DNA of 64,000 nt, taken from positions 64,001 to 128,000 of IMG/VR virus record IMGVR_UViG_3300037333_000013. One strand, written 5' to 3'. Shown here piece by piece: positions 49,691 to 58,258 of this stretch; position 1 is the stretch's first letter, and every line of letters begins with the position of its first letter. The DNA is from a virus. The notes beneath the pieces were generated by a model. That model saw only the letters and a program-made list of their open reading frames with translations. It did no database searches and was not told where the DNA came from. A program made the position numbers and the translations under genes.

Positions 49691-51412
49691 TTACATCCCT
49701 AGGTCTTTCTTCGTTCTTTGTAGTGCCTCCATCACTACCATCTTAAACCGTCCATCTTCATCCGTTAGATGGTCTATAATCTTCTCTAACCCTATAATTC
49801 CATCTGTCGGCAATCCTCGTAATCTTAACCACTCTAGTGTGCCTGGAAGGCAGTTACCAGCACTCTTGCTTGTTTCCATCGTTACCAATGGACATGCTAA
49901 GTCAGAGACTCTCTCGAACTCTCTTTTTAGCATTGATACAGGTTTAGTATCTAACCATTTCAGGTGAGCTTCATTAGCATCACTAATAGCATAGGCAATG
50001 CGGTTAGAAGTTGAGTGGTATGTGAAGCCGTCATCGAACTCGATGACGAATCCATCATATATGTACGGTGTATTAACCCACTGGGCTTTGTGTATTTTTA
50101 GACCACCACGTACAAATGTACGTAATATCGCCGTTTCAACACCGTCAACTATAGTCTTCTCAGACTTTAACCATCCCAGTATTAATGAAGTTTCCTCAAA
50201 AATCCCTCTCTTTGATGGGTGCCTCCAGTCAGAGTCCTCTCTTAACCACCCTGGAACAAGGCATTTGTCATCATGTCTCATTCTTCTAGTCCAATAGACA
50301 GCATCATTGTAGTTACCACAAAAGTCTACAACTTTACCTTTACTGGCTTTTTGGATTGCCAGCTTATCTATTGACGCTTTGTGGTGGTCAAAGGTTCCAC
50401 GCCAATATCCCTCGCACCAAGATTGGCGATTGAGCAGGTCACCAAGCTTTAGGTTAAGCTCTTTAAGCTTAGGCATAAACTCTACCAGAGCTTGTCTTGC
50501 TCTTTGGTAGCTTGATGTCACTACGCCAGCTCTGTTAGCTAGCATAATGATTACAGCCTTTCTAGGGACTAGACTGTAGCCCATAGCATCAAGAGCAAGC
50601 TCATATGACACATTACGCCCTGTGATGCGTTTGAATGCATCAACCACTTTCCAGAGCATATTGTCTATCGCTTGTGGTGAAGCGAAGAACCCACGCTCCT
50701 TGAATAGAGTGTATTCAAAGAGAGGCTTTCCAGTATGTGGGCTGTTAGCACCACACCCTGAGTATGCCCTTCTCTGGATTTCAAACAGGGGGCTATACCC
50801 ATCAGCCATTGAAATGGCTTTGTGGAACCCAACAAACTCTCTGAGCTTTATGACTTTCATCCCTCGTTCAGAGTGTCTGCATTCAGTTCCATACTCGAAC
50901 CCAACACTACGGACGAACTCCGTTACCGTGTTGTGTTCGAAGTATGGGTATATATTCCCAATATCACCACCAGCTATTGACCAGAGCTTTCTTAACCCAT
51001 AGCTGGTATCACACTTGACAAGGTTGTCAAGTGTGATAGTTGGACGTTCGTCCAATGGGGATACCCATACGTCTCCCCACACTGGAGCTGGGTCGCTCCA
51101 GTTTTTTACTTCTTCCGAGTGCCTGCTCGGAAGAAATTCAGCTACGAATGCTCTCGCGTTCGTAGCTGAGGCAGTCTTAACTGCTTTTCTCTTTGCGTCA
51201 TAAGACGCAAAGAGAGTCTTGTTCTTTTTGGCACGTTTCCGTGCCAAATTGGCACGTCTTCGCAGACGTGCCTCCTTTAGTGCTGACTTAAAGTCAGCAC
51301 TAATTACCTCCTCTACTAGAGGAGCAGAAGCTCCTCTAGTAGAAAGTTTAGGAGAGCCTGTAGACTCTCCTAGGAATGTAGAATAAATATCTTTATTTGT
51401 AACTTGTCTCAT
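49691..51412 (-). CDS. Unknown early protein whose coding sequence is tiled with stem-loops
   Basis: Uninterrupted ~573 codons from ATG 51412 (SD AAAGG); basic N-terminus and C-terminal SAGNCLPGT.W. Confidence 0.7.
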   Translation of the reverse strand: MRQVTNKDIYSTFLGESTGSPKLSTRGASAPLVEEVISADFKSALKEARLRRRANLARKRAKKNKTLFASYDAKRKAVKTASATNARAFVAEFLPSRHSEEVKNWSDPAPVWGDVWVSPLDERPTITLDNLVKCDTSYGLRKLWSIAGGDIGNIYPYFEHNTVTEFVRSVGFEYGTECRHSERGMKVIKLREFVGFHKAISMADGYSPLFEIQRRAYSGCGANSPHTGKPLFEYTLFKERGFFASPQAIDNMLWKVVDAFKRITGRNVSYELALDAMGYSLVPRKAVIIMLANRAGVVTSSYQRARQALVEFMPKLKELNLKLGDLLNRQSWCEGYWRGTFDHHKASIDKLAIQKASKGKVVDFCGNYNDAVYWTRRMRHDDKCLVPGWLREDSDWRHPSKRGIFEETSLILGWLKSEKTIVDGVETAILRTFVRGGLKIHKAQWVNTPYIYDGFVIEFDDGFTYHSTSNRIAYAISDANEAHLKWLDTKPVSMLKREFERVSDLACPLVTMETSKSAGNCLPGTLEWLRLRGLPTDGIIGLEKIIDHLTDEDGRFKMVVMEALQRTKKDLGM

Positions 51413-51419
51413 CCGAGAC
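50891..51419. repeat. Array of consecutive, mutually unrelated inverted repeats inside the CDS
   Basis: Examples: 51312-51343 (14 bp), 51007-51038 (14 bp), 51277-51303 (12 bp), 51188-51215 (12 bp), 51110-51135 (10 bp). Confidence 0.9.
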
Positions 51420-51746
51420 CTTTCACTATTTGACCTATACGAATACCGTGTAGCTTTCACATCACGTATCTATTAATCCATCAGTGCTTTGTATAGTGTT
51501 CTCTGTAACTCCTGCCAATGGCTCGGTAGTTACTTTCTACATCGATAGATGCTTACTAACTATAACAAAGTTTACTAATAGTAGACTTCGGTCTGGCGTT
51601 ACCCTGTTTACGTGTTCATAAACGTTCATCTTCAATCACCATAGAGCAGGTGTGCCTTGGGTCATCATATCCTGAGTTATGGGATACTCTCCAGAGAAGA
51701 TATAGAGTTTATACAATAGCAGTCGCTATCCATCACACTCTTGCAT
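51413..51746 (-). ncRNA. Putative structured 5' leader or ncRNA
   Basis: ~330 nt with several hairpins between the promoter and the proposed ATG. Confidence 0.45.
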
Positions 51747-51758
51747 TAATAATATATA
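51747..51758 (-). promoter_or_regulatory. Early promoter motif
   Basis: TATATATTATTA. Confidence 0.65.
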
Positions 51759-51773
51759 AAAAAAAATAATCGT

Positions 51774-51802
51774 ATACACAACCCAACGAGTGGGCTATGT
51801 AT
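51774..51802 (-). terminator. Terminator after the helicase gene
   Basis: Minus strand ATACATAGCCCA-CTCGT-TGGGTTGTGTAT (G-U pairs) followed by a T-tract. Confidence 0.6.
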
Positions 51803-53004
51803 TAACGGTTGAAGAACGAGACAAATGGATTTTCGATTCCTACCTTTTCAGATAGTTTCTTGTTTCTCTCCTTTCTCTTTCTTTCTTTATCATTTATATT
51901 TCGTTCTTTCTTAATAAGATACCGGAGTTTCTTCTCCTCGTCATGTATCATTTTTAGAGCTTCCCTTTCCTCCCTATTCGCATAACCAACGCCATCAAGC
52001 CACGTAAGTAATTTCTTACTGTACTTGTACCCACTGTATGATGTTAAGTCATACGGGATTTCGAAGTCTTGTAACTTCAAGTCCGATATATTAATTCCTC
52101 TATATCTTTCGATTATAAACTCATCCATCTCTACTGTGAAGTGCTTTTTCTCTTTTCTACCTCTTTCGTGTAGGAAGTACCACCCCTTATCAGAGTATTG
52201 TGGTCTACCACATCTTCCAATTTTTTGTTCAATTATCTCCCACTCATCCCATTCGTTGTATTCAATAAGAACAACTTCGGCAGGAAAGTTTACCCCTTGG
52301 GCTAACACATTTGTCGAAATCATTATTTTGATTTCACCTCTTTTGAAAGCTAACTGTAACTCTAACCTTTCAGACGTTGGTGTGTCTGCCGATATAGTTG
52401 CGATATCTTCGAAGTCAATGCCTAGTAGGTTTGCATAGTACCGTCTGTGACCATCATCTGGTACATATTTACTAAATATTAGAGTTGATTTCGTCTTAGC
52501 CAACTCTTTAATCTCCTCTAAGTTTTCAAGCTGAATCTTTTTAACCTCTTTGAAAGGTTTTAATTCAATAACCTCTATATTCAGTAACTCTTTCAGCTCA
52601 TCACTTAGTGAATCTGTCGCTGTGAGCAACACAACCTCAACTCCTAAGTTCTTTGCTTTTATGATGTTATTGAGTAACATCAAACCTCTATCTTCATCAT
52701 TGATGAAGTGGCATTCATCAATGATTACTGTTTCGTATGTGTCTATTGCGTTTGGGATACTCTCATAGACACATACTTGAGAGCCTCCTTTCCCATCTTT
52801 TGAGAGGTTTATATTCACCTCTCCGGTATTGCATATGGTGAATTTATTGTAATCCACCATTATCTCGTACGCTAGCTGTCTGGTTGGGACTGCTATTAAG
52901 GTCTTTCCTTTACTCTCTTTAATAGCGGTATATGTCTTACCGCTACCTGTCCCCCCTACAAGCATTTTTGTTTTGCTATTATTCGTTAATTTATTTAATT
53001 TCAT
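51802..53004 (-). CDS. SF2 DExH helicase, Ski2/HelY/SUV3-like minimal core
   Basis: GTGSGKT, PTRQLA, DECH...DRG, TAT, TNVLAQGVNFPA, QKIGRCGR. Confidence 0.85.
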   Translation of the reverse strand: MKLNKLTNNSKTKMLVGGTGSGKTYTAIKESKGKTLIAVPTRQLAYEIMVDYNKFTICNTGEVNINLSKDGKGGSQVCVYESIPNAIDTYETVIIDECHFINDEDRGLMLLNNIIKAKNLGVEVVLLTATDSLSDELKELLNIEVIELKPFKEVKKIQLENLEEIKELAKTKSTLIFSKYVPDDGHRRYYANLLGIDFEDIATISADTPTSERLELQLAFKRGEIKIMISTNVLAQGVNFPAEVVLIEYNEWDEWEIIEQKIGRCGRPQYSDKGWYFLHERGRKEKKHFTVEMDEFIIERYRGINISDLKLQDFEIPYDLTSYSGYKYSKKLLTWLDGVGYANREEREALKMIHDEEKKLRYLIKKERNINDKERKRKERNKKLSEKVGIENPFVSFFNR

Positions 53005-53095
53005 TTGTTATCCTTTTAGGTTTACTTTATATTCTGCATTACCAGATACACGACTATGACTCTTTTAACTTAACACCGCGTGACAAAGTGTTAAC

Positions 53096-53140
53096 AGTAA
53101 TTCAATTACACCATAATAATATATAGGTAAAAAAAAAGGT
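53096..53140 (-). promoter_or_regulatory. Early promoter plus conserved leader
   Basis: Near-identical to 11174-11217. Confidence 0.7.
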
Positions 53141-53143
53141 ATG

Positions 53144-53166
53144 CACAGTAGGATTATCCTACTGTG
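53144..53166 (-). terminator. Intrinsic terminator
   Basis: cacagtagga-tta-tcctactgtg with a T9 tract on the minus strand. Confidence 0.7.
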
Positions 53167-53268
53167 TATTATGTTTGGATAAGATGAAAGTCATAAATCG
53201 TTTTCTGAACCTTCCAATAACAAGATAATTTCCTGGTAAAGTCATTCTCTTATTTAATTTAGCTTTCA

Positions 53269-53913
53269 TTAGCAATTCCTCCTATCATCTTCTGCGTCGT
53301 CGAAGTATCCAAAGTCATCCATAACCATACACGGCATAGTTAAACCGCGACCAGCGAGTGAATGTGGTCTCGCACTTATAAGTTGTAGAACATCAAACCA
53401 TAACTTATCGTTATATAGTAACGTATCACACGTATCTCTTTCATCTTCAGCTTTAATCTCCAAGTGTTCGTGATTTATGAGCTTATTGAGAAATTTGTTC
53501 AGTACCAATATACTTTCATTACTTGTTGTGTTGAAATTTAAACTACCAACCTTACCAGTAGATAAATCCAATACATATAAAGTAACAAACAAACTAAAGT
53601 TTCCGAAGATTAGTTGTTGTTTGTTCAGATTTAAGTAATATTGTTCTATGCAAAGCCAAGATTTTCGAGATATTTCTATTCCACCTGTTATAACAAGTGT
53701 TTCAAAACTTAATGGTGTGCGATGGTTTAATTCCAAGAACTTACGAACTTCAATGTTGTTTAATGGTTTTATCTTGATGTTATTCAGTTTCTTCATTATA
53801 GTTGTGATTTTATCATCTGTTGTTATTTTTGAACTTTTATCTGGACTTACCTCAAGTCCAGATAAACTGTATGTGTAATTATGTAAATCTTGTGAATTTT
53901 TAAACTCTTTCAT
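53269..53913 (-). CDS. Degenerate terminase-ATPase-like protein
   Basis: AGRGLTMPCMVMDDFGYF versus this phage's TerL VGRGLTAPTVGVDEICFI; start reassigned to MKEFK. Confidence 0.45.
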   Translation of the reverse strand: MKEFKNSQDLHNYTYSLSGLEVSPDKSSKITTDDKITTIMKKLNNIKIKPLNNIEVRKFLELNHRTPLSFETLVITGGIEISRKSWLCIEQYYLNLNKQQLIFGNFSLFVTLYVLDLSTGKVGSLNFNTTSNESILVLNKFLNKLINHEHLEIKAEDERDTCDTLLYNDKLWFDVLQLISARPHSLAGRGLTMPCMVMDDFGYFDDAEDDRRNC

Positions 53914-53945
53914 TATTTTCTCCATATAAGTGTATTTGTTAGGGT

Positions 53946-54257
53946 TCATTTACAATCCCACCAGAATACTTCCAAATAGTAATGTAATGAACATCCTTTT
54001 TGTCTTTCTGATTGTCGATAAACATCATCGTTTCTAAATTTGTCACCGAGTCTTCTGGCAGCATCATCTCTAAATGTTTCGTCGTAGATAGATGGACAAT
54101 TCTCAACCTTCTCAAATCTAATGACTCCACTGTCATCTAGATAGAGTTTCTCTGGTACCCCATCTAACTCTTTTAAGAACTCTGGATATAATTCAAATTC
54201 CTCTATAAAATCTTTTATAACGCTATCTCTTACATCATTTGATACAAACATTTTCAA
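53946..54257 (-). CDS. Hypothetical protein
   Basis: 103 aa in an early operon; start uncertain. Confidence 0.5.
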   Translation of the reverse strand: MKMFVSNDVRDSVIKDFIEEFELYPEFLKELDGVPEKLYLDDSGVIRFEKVENCPSIYDETFRDDAARRLGDKFRNDDVYRQSERQKGCSLHYYLEVFWWDCK

Positions 54258-54864
54258 TTCCTTTTACTCTAATTTTTCTAGCTAATTTGACATCGCTCGT
54301 TGTGTCAACCTCTACGAAGTAACGATAATGGTAACTCTCAAGGATACTCTTATCTTTCTTACCAAGCTCATATGATTTACCATTACCATCTTTACCATTA
54401 AAGCCTATCATATATTCAATGGGACACACAGTATCGCCATACATAAATTGTATTGCGTTGTATCTGAGTTCCTTTTCACTACGTGTTAATTTAATTATAT
54501 ATAATTCAAAACTATGTCTTATGCCTTGTTTTCCGATCACGTACTTTGTATTAATTATGTTTGAGCGGTAGATCGCATACCACATATCATCATATGTTTT
54601 ACGTTGTGTTGGTGCGACTTTGTTAAAAATTATATAATTTAAAACAAAATGTCTGTTTGGTCCTCTGTATTTTTCAATGTGTTTGTATTGTTTTTTTACA
54701 TCGTTTAAGTTATTTAAGAATGTTGAAACATGCGAATACCCACCACATATTTCAAAGTCAAACTCTTTAAGTTCCTTATCTTCAACGTGTTTATATCCAA
54801 AAGCCATTACGTGCTCAACCTCTTTTAGTGCATCTCTATATGCCTTTATCGTTCCTTTTCTCAT
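54235..54864 (-). CDS. Hypothetical early protein
   Basis: 209 aa, SD AAAGGA, promoter variant at 54933-54942. Confidence 0.6.
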   Translation of the reverse strand: MRKGTIKAYRDALKEVEHVMAFGYKHVEDKELKEFDFEICGGYSHVSTFLNNLNDVKKQYKHIEKYRGPNRHFVLNYIIFNKVAPTQRKTYDDMWYAIYRSNIINTKYVIGKQGIRHSFELYIIKLTRSEKELRYNAIQFMYGDTVCPIEYMIGFNGKDGNGKSYELGKKDKSILESYHYRYFVEVDTTSDVKLARKIRVKGIENVCIK

Positions 54865-54950
54865 TTATTGTTTTCCTTTATTGCTTATATTCTTCATTAA
54901 CCTTTTGATAAGGCACAGTACTAACACCGTAGTAATGATATACAAACAAT

Positions 54951-54976
54951 TATTAGCTAGGAAATCCTAGCTAATA
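54951..54976 (-). terminator. Hairpin after dUTPase
   Basis: tattagctagg-aaat-cctagctaata. Confidence 0.65.
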
Positions 54977-55557
54977 ACATCTTTGTAGATTTCCTCTAGT
55001 GCGTTATAGATACTATCAATATCTTTGTGAACTTCTATAGCTGCTGCAATGTAGGTATTATCTTCTACACCACCCCACATCTTAATGTATTCTCCGTCAG
55101 CATACCCATAGTTCTTTCTGAGTTTGTTTAAAGCATACTTTCCATAATAGATTCTTAACAGTGTATTGGTATCTAGTTTATACATATCACATAGCAATTC
55201 TATAACAGTAAGTCTAGTATTGATGCGTCTATCAAAGATTAAGAGTGCTAAGAGTTCGTCTAATTCTTTTGTTGTAATCACACATTCACCACTACACGGA
55301 TTCACGAGTTCCGAAGATAGAACGAAGTGCAACAAGTCAACAATCTCAATATGCACATTTTCAATATCGTCTTTTCCATCTTTCCAATGCTTATAGTTTG
55401 TAGACTCGATGAGTTCACCTACTTCAGCTTGTATACATAATTCAAAGTTTATCTTCTTGCCTGTTCTTTTGCAGATTCCGTGTTTATACTCATTACATAG
55501 CTCTGTATTTAACTCGTCTTGTAATCTAAGTAACTGCTCTTTCTTCTCTAATAACAT
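54967..55557 (-). CDS. dut: Dimeric all-alpha dUTPase
   Basis: LQDELN, E..ELIES..YKHWK, EIVDLLHF, N.LR...GY..G.Y.K.W.G.EDN; start at ATG 55557. Confidence 0.88.
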   Translation of the reverse strand: MLLEKKEQLLRLQDELNTELCNEYKHGICKRTGKKINFELCIQAEVGELIESTNYKHWKDGKDDIENVHIEIVDLLHFVLSSELVNPCSGECVITTKELDELLALLIFDRRINTRLTVIELLCDMYKLDTNTLLRIYYGKYALNKLRKNYGYADGEYIKMWGGVEDNTYIAAAIEVHKDIDSIYNALEEIYKDVIS

Positions 55558-55606
55558 TTGTATCCTTTGTATTTTTTCATATAATGTCAATATTAATAAT
55601 AAATTA

Positions 55607-57037
55607 CTATTGTCTAATAGAGTTTGCAATGATAACGATGTCTTTATCTATCTCTAGTGTTCCTGTAACGATGATTGGTAACGACTCGTCGATTTCATTC
55701 TTCTTAAAGTATAATACAGTGAACTCTTGTTTTCCGTCTGTAACGGCAACCTTTGTCATAGAGGGGTAGTAGTGTACCTTCATTACTTCTAGGTCTTGTA
55801 TCTCATAAGTTGGGTATGGATTACTATTTCCGAATGGTCGGTTCTCTTCAATCCATGCAACCTCTTCCATTATATCACAAGCATCTATCTTACTGCTCTC
55901 CACAGAGTCACTATACTCTATATTATGCTCTTCTAAGTACTTGCTAAAAAGAGTGATAAAGTTATCGATTGCGTCATTTGTATATTTGATACTGACACCA
56001 TTTGCCATATTATGTCCACCATAATGACCAATCGTACCCGGGGCATTGTCATTAATGTATTTGTAGATGTCTAAAAGTGGCAGTTGCTGTATTGCACGAG
56101 CAGAACCATTCAGATACCCATCTTTATTCTTTAATACGAATGTCGGCTTATTCAGGTCATTACCAATTCTACCGGCAACCAACCCTGCTAGAGAAGACAT
56201 TGCGTCCGATGGCATAACGATAATAGACATTGTATCCAATGACTTGTTAGCTCTTAGTTGTGGTTTGATGAAGTCAATCAGTTCCGTTGTCATCTTCTTA
56301 CGCTCTTTGTTCAGTAAGTCTAATTCACACATAGACTGTTTATGTCCTAACAAGGCTCTCACAGCGACTTCTGGTCTCCCCAATCTATGAGACGAATTAA
56401 TAAGTGGTCCTAGGTTAATAGAAATCCATCTATCGTGCACTCTCTTCTTTCTAGATACTTTTAGCATATGTTTAATAAAGATATCCTCTTTGAGTTCATC
56501 AACATAGTGGTGATACAACGGTACGTTCCTACCTGTCATAGGCATCTGGTCCACTAAGTTTGCTACCACGACGTACTGTGTCAATCTCTCAATATAGTCA
56601 TCACCTATCTTCTCTTCCAAGTATTCTCGTAATACACCGGCACCAGATAATCCTTTATCATAATTACATTTTGAGTAGTATGGATTATAAATCTCATCAC
56701 ACACTTCTTCTAACGCTTCTTCATCTGGAATAATATGATGGTCTGTTACAACAATATATACGTTCTTTCTTTGTTCTCGTAAGTATACGAGTGCATCAAC
56801 TGAGCTACTTCCATGGTCGGCAGTAAGGAAGATAAATGATTCATTGTTATCTGTCTTTTCTAATGTCATATCGATAGTGTGTTTAGACACACCACGAGGA
56901 TACTTATTGTTAAGTATAATATGTTCGAATGGTATACTACAATGTTTAAAACATTTAATTCCTATAACGGCAGAGAGTATTCCGTCTGCATCGTAATCCG
57001 TACTTAATATCACTTTCGTCGCTTTATTTAATGTCAT
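55607..57037 (-). CDS. recJ: RecJ-like DHH ssDNA exonuclease
   Basis: DYDADG, TADHG, TDHH, GSAR, GGH..A.G, PFG..NP.P; start at ATG 57037 after SD AAAGGAG. Confidence 0.88.
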   Translation of the reverse strand: MTLNKATKVILSTDYDADGILSAVIGIKCFKHCSIPFEHIILNNKYPRGVSKHTIDMTLEKTDNNESFIFLTADHGSSSVDALVYLREQRKNVYIVVTDHHIIPDEEALEEVCDEIYNPYYSKCNYDKGLSGAGVLREYLEEKIGDDYIERLTQYVVVANLVDQMPMTGRNVPLYHHYVDELKEDIFIKHMLKVSRKKRVHDRWISINLGPLINSSHRLGRPEVAVRALLGHKQSMCELDLLNKERKKMTTELIDFIKPQLRANKSLDTMSIIVMPSDAMSSLAGLVAGRIGNDLNKPTFVLKNKDGYLNGSARAIQQLPLLDIYKYINDNAPGTIGHYGGHNMANGVSIKYTNDAIDNFITLFSKYLEEHNIEYSDSVESSKIDACDIMEEVAWIEENRPFGNSNPYPTYEIQDLEVMKVHYYPSMTKVAVTDGKQEFTVLYFKKNEIDESLPIIVTGTLEIDKDIVIIANSIRQ

Positions 57038-57081
57038 AATGACTCCTTTATCATGAAACCTCCAAAGAAAGAAAAAGAGAG

Positions 57082-57113
57082 AGTATGTATGTGGGATATC
57101 CCACATACATACT
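57082..57113 (-). terminator. Intrinsic terminator
   Basis: agtatgtatgtggg-atat-cccacatacatact followed by a T-rich tract. Confidence 0.75.
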
Positions 57114-57591
57114 AATTAAACGAATACTCATCATAGATTACAGATAATCCATTTATGAGTGTTTGGTACTCACTCTCTTCCAAGTCAGACTTCAGTACTT
57201 CCGTCATCTTATCTAAAACAACCAATTGTTCATTATCGTCATCCTCAACTTCATCGAGTATCTTAATTGTCTCATCAAGACCGAGTAGCTTTTTACAAAT
57301 GACTAAGTGACTGTTGTCGACATCTGTTCCGATGGTTAACGTATCATAGATATGCACAATAGACTTCACCATTGTATGTACAGAAATCTTTGTAAGAACA
57401 GAGTCTTTCTCAATCACTGTTTCCGTAAGTTTATCCATCAATAGTTTACCGACATCTAAGTTAGCTTCATACGCTTCTTCTACATTCATTCCGTCTTTAA
57501 TATCGTCTAGTACAGCATATACTGATTTTAGACCAATAACAGTTGCTAGCTCTGCGAATGCAACATAATCTTTACTCTTTAGTCTGTCCAT
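57112..57591 (-). CDS. Hypothetical acidic protein
   Basis: Start MDRLK after SD GGAG. Confidence 0.55.
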   Translation of the reverse strand: MDRLKSKDYVAFAELATVIGLKSVYAVLDDIKDGMNVEEAYEANLDVGKLLMDKLTETVIEKDSVLTKISVHTMVKSIVHIYDTLTIGTDVDNSHLVICKKLLGLDETIKILDEVEDDDNEQLVVLDKMTEVLKSDLEESEYQTLINGLSVIYDEYSFN

Positions 57592-58258
57592 AGTTAATCT
57601 CCATAACATTTATTTTTAAGTTTCTCTCATTGAGTTTTCTTAACTCAATGTCTGTATCCTCGTTCAACTTAGAAAAACTAAGTTTTCTTTTCAGCTCTCC
57701 ATCAACGATAAAGAATGTGTGTTCTTTTTCATCTTTATCACTGATGATAAGTAATCCGTCAAGTGTTCTTATTTTCTCTTTATTATCGAACACAAAAGCG
57801 ATATCTTGGTATCCATATCTCCTACTAGTAAAGATAGCTTCATCAGAGTCAGACCCATAAATCAGTATCTCCCCATCTAGTCCTACATAAGCATCTCTAA
57901 CAGAGCCACCTAAGTATGCTCTACACTTTGTGAGCTTTGTTGCTTTTGGTGCTTCGGTCACTGCAATGATATCCCCGGATAATACCATAGCATTGTGGTC
58001 GTCGTTTGGTCTCTTTCTAAAGAGCATATATTTAGACTCTTTAAATTTAGAGTTCCAACCTTCGTAACTTCTCACACATTTGAACCCCAAGTCAGTGTAT
58101 GGTAAGATGTGTTCTCCAGGCTCAGTTGAGAGAACAAATGTTTTGTTCTCATCTTTCACATGGTGAAGAATTTCACCTTTCTCACAATGTACCTCGTTCT
58201 CACCATCTCCATAGACTAAGAAGTCGTCTCCGTATGTTACTTTATAGAAGTCTTTCAT
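57572..58258 (-). CDS. Hypothetical protein
   Basis: Start MKDFYK after SD AAAGGA. Confidence 0.55.
   Translation of the reverse strand: MKDFYKVTYGDDFLVYGDGENEVHCEKGEILHHVKDENKTFVLSTEPGEHILPYTDLGFKCVRSYEGWNSKFKESKYMLFRKRPNDDHNAMVLSGDIIAVTEAPKATKLTKCRAYLGGSVRDAYVGLDGEILIYGSDSDEAIFTSRRYGYQDIAFVFDNKEKIRTLDGLLIISDKDEKEHTFFIVDGELKRKLSFSKLNEDTDIELRKLNERNLKINVMEINYGQTKE

Noticed and set aside
50891-51419. Hairpin array as a CRISPR array or terminator series
   Set aside because: The stems are not copies of one repeat, have no spacer periodicity, mostly lack U-tracts, and lie in an open frame
51470-51490. Hammerhead ribozyme core in the leader
   Set aside because: The sequence is CTGATGGA rather than CUGANGA, and I could not build the three stems
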